Assembly: GCF_004010195.1 (NCBI RefSeq)
Contig: NC_057750.1
Coordinates: forward strand, 15,246,537-15,310,536
Direction: 5' to 3'
Source: Chiloscyllium plagiosum
Taxonomy: Eukaryota
Length of the DNA: 64,000 bases
Part shown: positions 63,052-64,000 of the stretch, piece by piece
How the letters are laid out: every line of letters begins with the position of its first letter
How positions within the stretch are numbered: the stretch's first letter is position 1
Position numbers and translations under genes: made by a program
Notes under the pieces: generated by a model
The model's database searches: none
What the model saw: only the letters and a program-made list of their open reading frames with translations
What the model was told of the DNA's origin: nothing

Positions 63052-63720
63052 TCACAAATACAGAAACGTAGAAGATAGGAGCAGGAGGCGGCCATCAGGC
63101 CCTTTGAGTCTGCTCTGCCATTCATCATGATCATGGCTGATCATCCAACTCAATAGCCTATTCCTGCTTTCACCACAGAACCTTTGGTCCCATTCGCCCC
63201 AAGGTGTTTTAATTAGCTGTCCCTTGAATACATTCAATGTTTTGGTATCATCTACTTCCTGTGGTAATGAATTCCACAGGCTCACAACTCTTTGGGTGAA
63301 GAAATGTCTCATTTCCTTTCTAAATGGTCCACTCCAAATCCTCAGACTGTGATCCCTGGTTCTGGATGCACACACGAACAGGAATATCCTCCCTGCATCT
63401 ACTCTGTCTGGTCCTGTTAGAATTTGGTAAGTCTCTAGGAGTTCCCCCTCACTTGTCTGAACTCCAGCAAAAACAATCCTAACCTAGTCAATCTCTCCAT
63501 AAATGTCAGTCCCACCAGCCTGGTAAATATCCTAGACACAACTAAGCCAGATTTCCCTACTTAGATCATCCACCTCCTGGTACAAAAGAACATCCCACTC
63601 ACAATCCTAATGATTTCATGTATTTACACACTGTCTTTTTGTGATTCACATACAAGGACACCCTGATTCCTCTGTACCTCAACGCTATGCAGTCCCTTAT
63701 CTAAGTACATTACCTGTTCA
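63052..63720 (-). mobile_element. CR1 LINE 3' fragment
   Basis: RTRDHSLRI...FFTQRVVSLWNSLPQEV. Confidence 0.8.
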
Positions 63721-63924
63721 TTCTTCTCCATTACATCATATTAGGAAGACCAATGCATCAGAATCACATCATACAACATTATGGCTTGAGGGTGGGATTT
63801 GGTAACAATGAGCCAAATAAGCCGTGACAACAACGAAGAAGCCAGTCAACTGGATCACGCCAGGCAGTGAAGATAGCTGCTTTATAGACAATGTTCAGTA
63901 CCATAAAGGCACAGAATCATTTAC

Positions 63925-63999
63925 CTGCTGTACATATCTGTCAGTTGTTTTCCACATGTAATAGTATTCAATTATACTGGTTAATGATTTCCACGGAAG
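63925..63999 (-). CDS. MTA-family (MTA1-like) exon, end of SANT domain; gene continues beyond the window
   Basis: [25 protein letters not shown], same as the recalled human MTA1 sequence; donor CAG|gtaaat; 75 nt. Paralog identity unresolved, so no symbol given. Confidence 0.93.
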
Positions 64000-64000
64000 C

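Overview
Eukaryotic, repeat-rich genomic DNA from a cartilaginous fish (shark-like; inferred from HE1/V-SINE-type SINEs and HER1/CR1-type LINEs), with two N gaps. Two spliced genes lie tandemly on the minus strand. (1) A complete 4-exon MED29 (CDS 21263-21024, 11542-11484, 8336-8252, 4996-4781; 199 aa, polyQ N-terminus). (2) The last 11 coding exons of an MTA-family NuRD scaffold gene, most similar to MTA1 (63999 down to the stop at 33639; about 398 aa visible: end of SANT, GATA zinc finger, both RBBP4/7-binding regions, C-terminal PIVIED). The rest is mostly decayed, often nested retroelements (CR1, L2-like, Rex1/Babar, Penelope-like, SINEs), a Tc1/mariner-type MITE, a possible solo LTR and two 33-bp minisatellites. 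Main leads: (a) the divergent MTA1-like gene sits next to MED29, a human 19q13 gene, so it may be a fourth vertebrate MTA ohnolog missing from mammals; (b) several families of short Penelope-derived insertions, many of them fold-back, carry minimal hammerhead-ribozyme motifs, and six have 12-15 bp target-site duplications; (c) unusual splice-site features in the MTA 3' exons. Comparisons to human proteins and gene order are from memory, not from a search; repeat boundaries are approximate.
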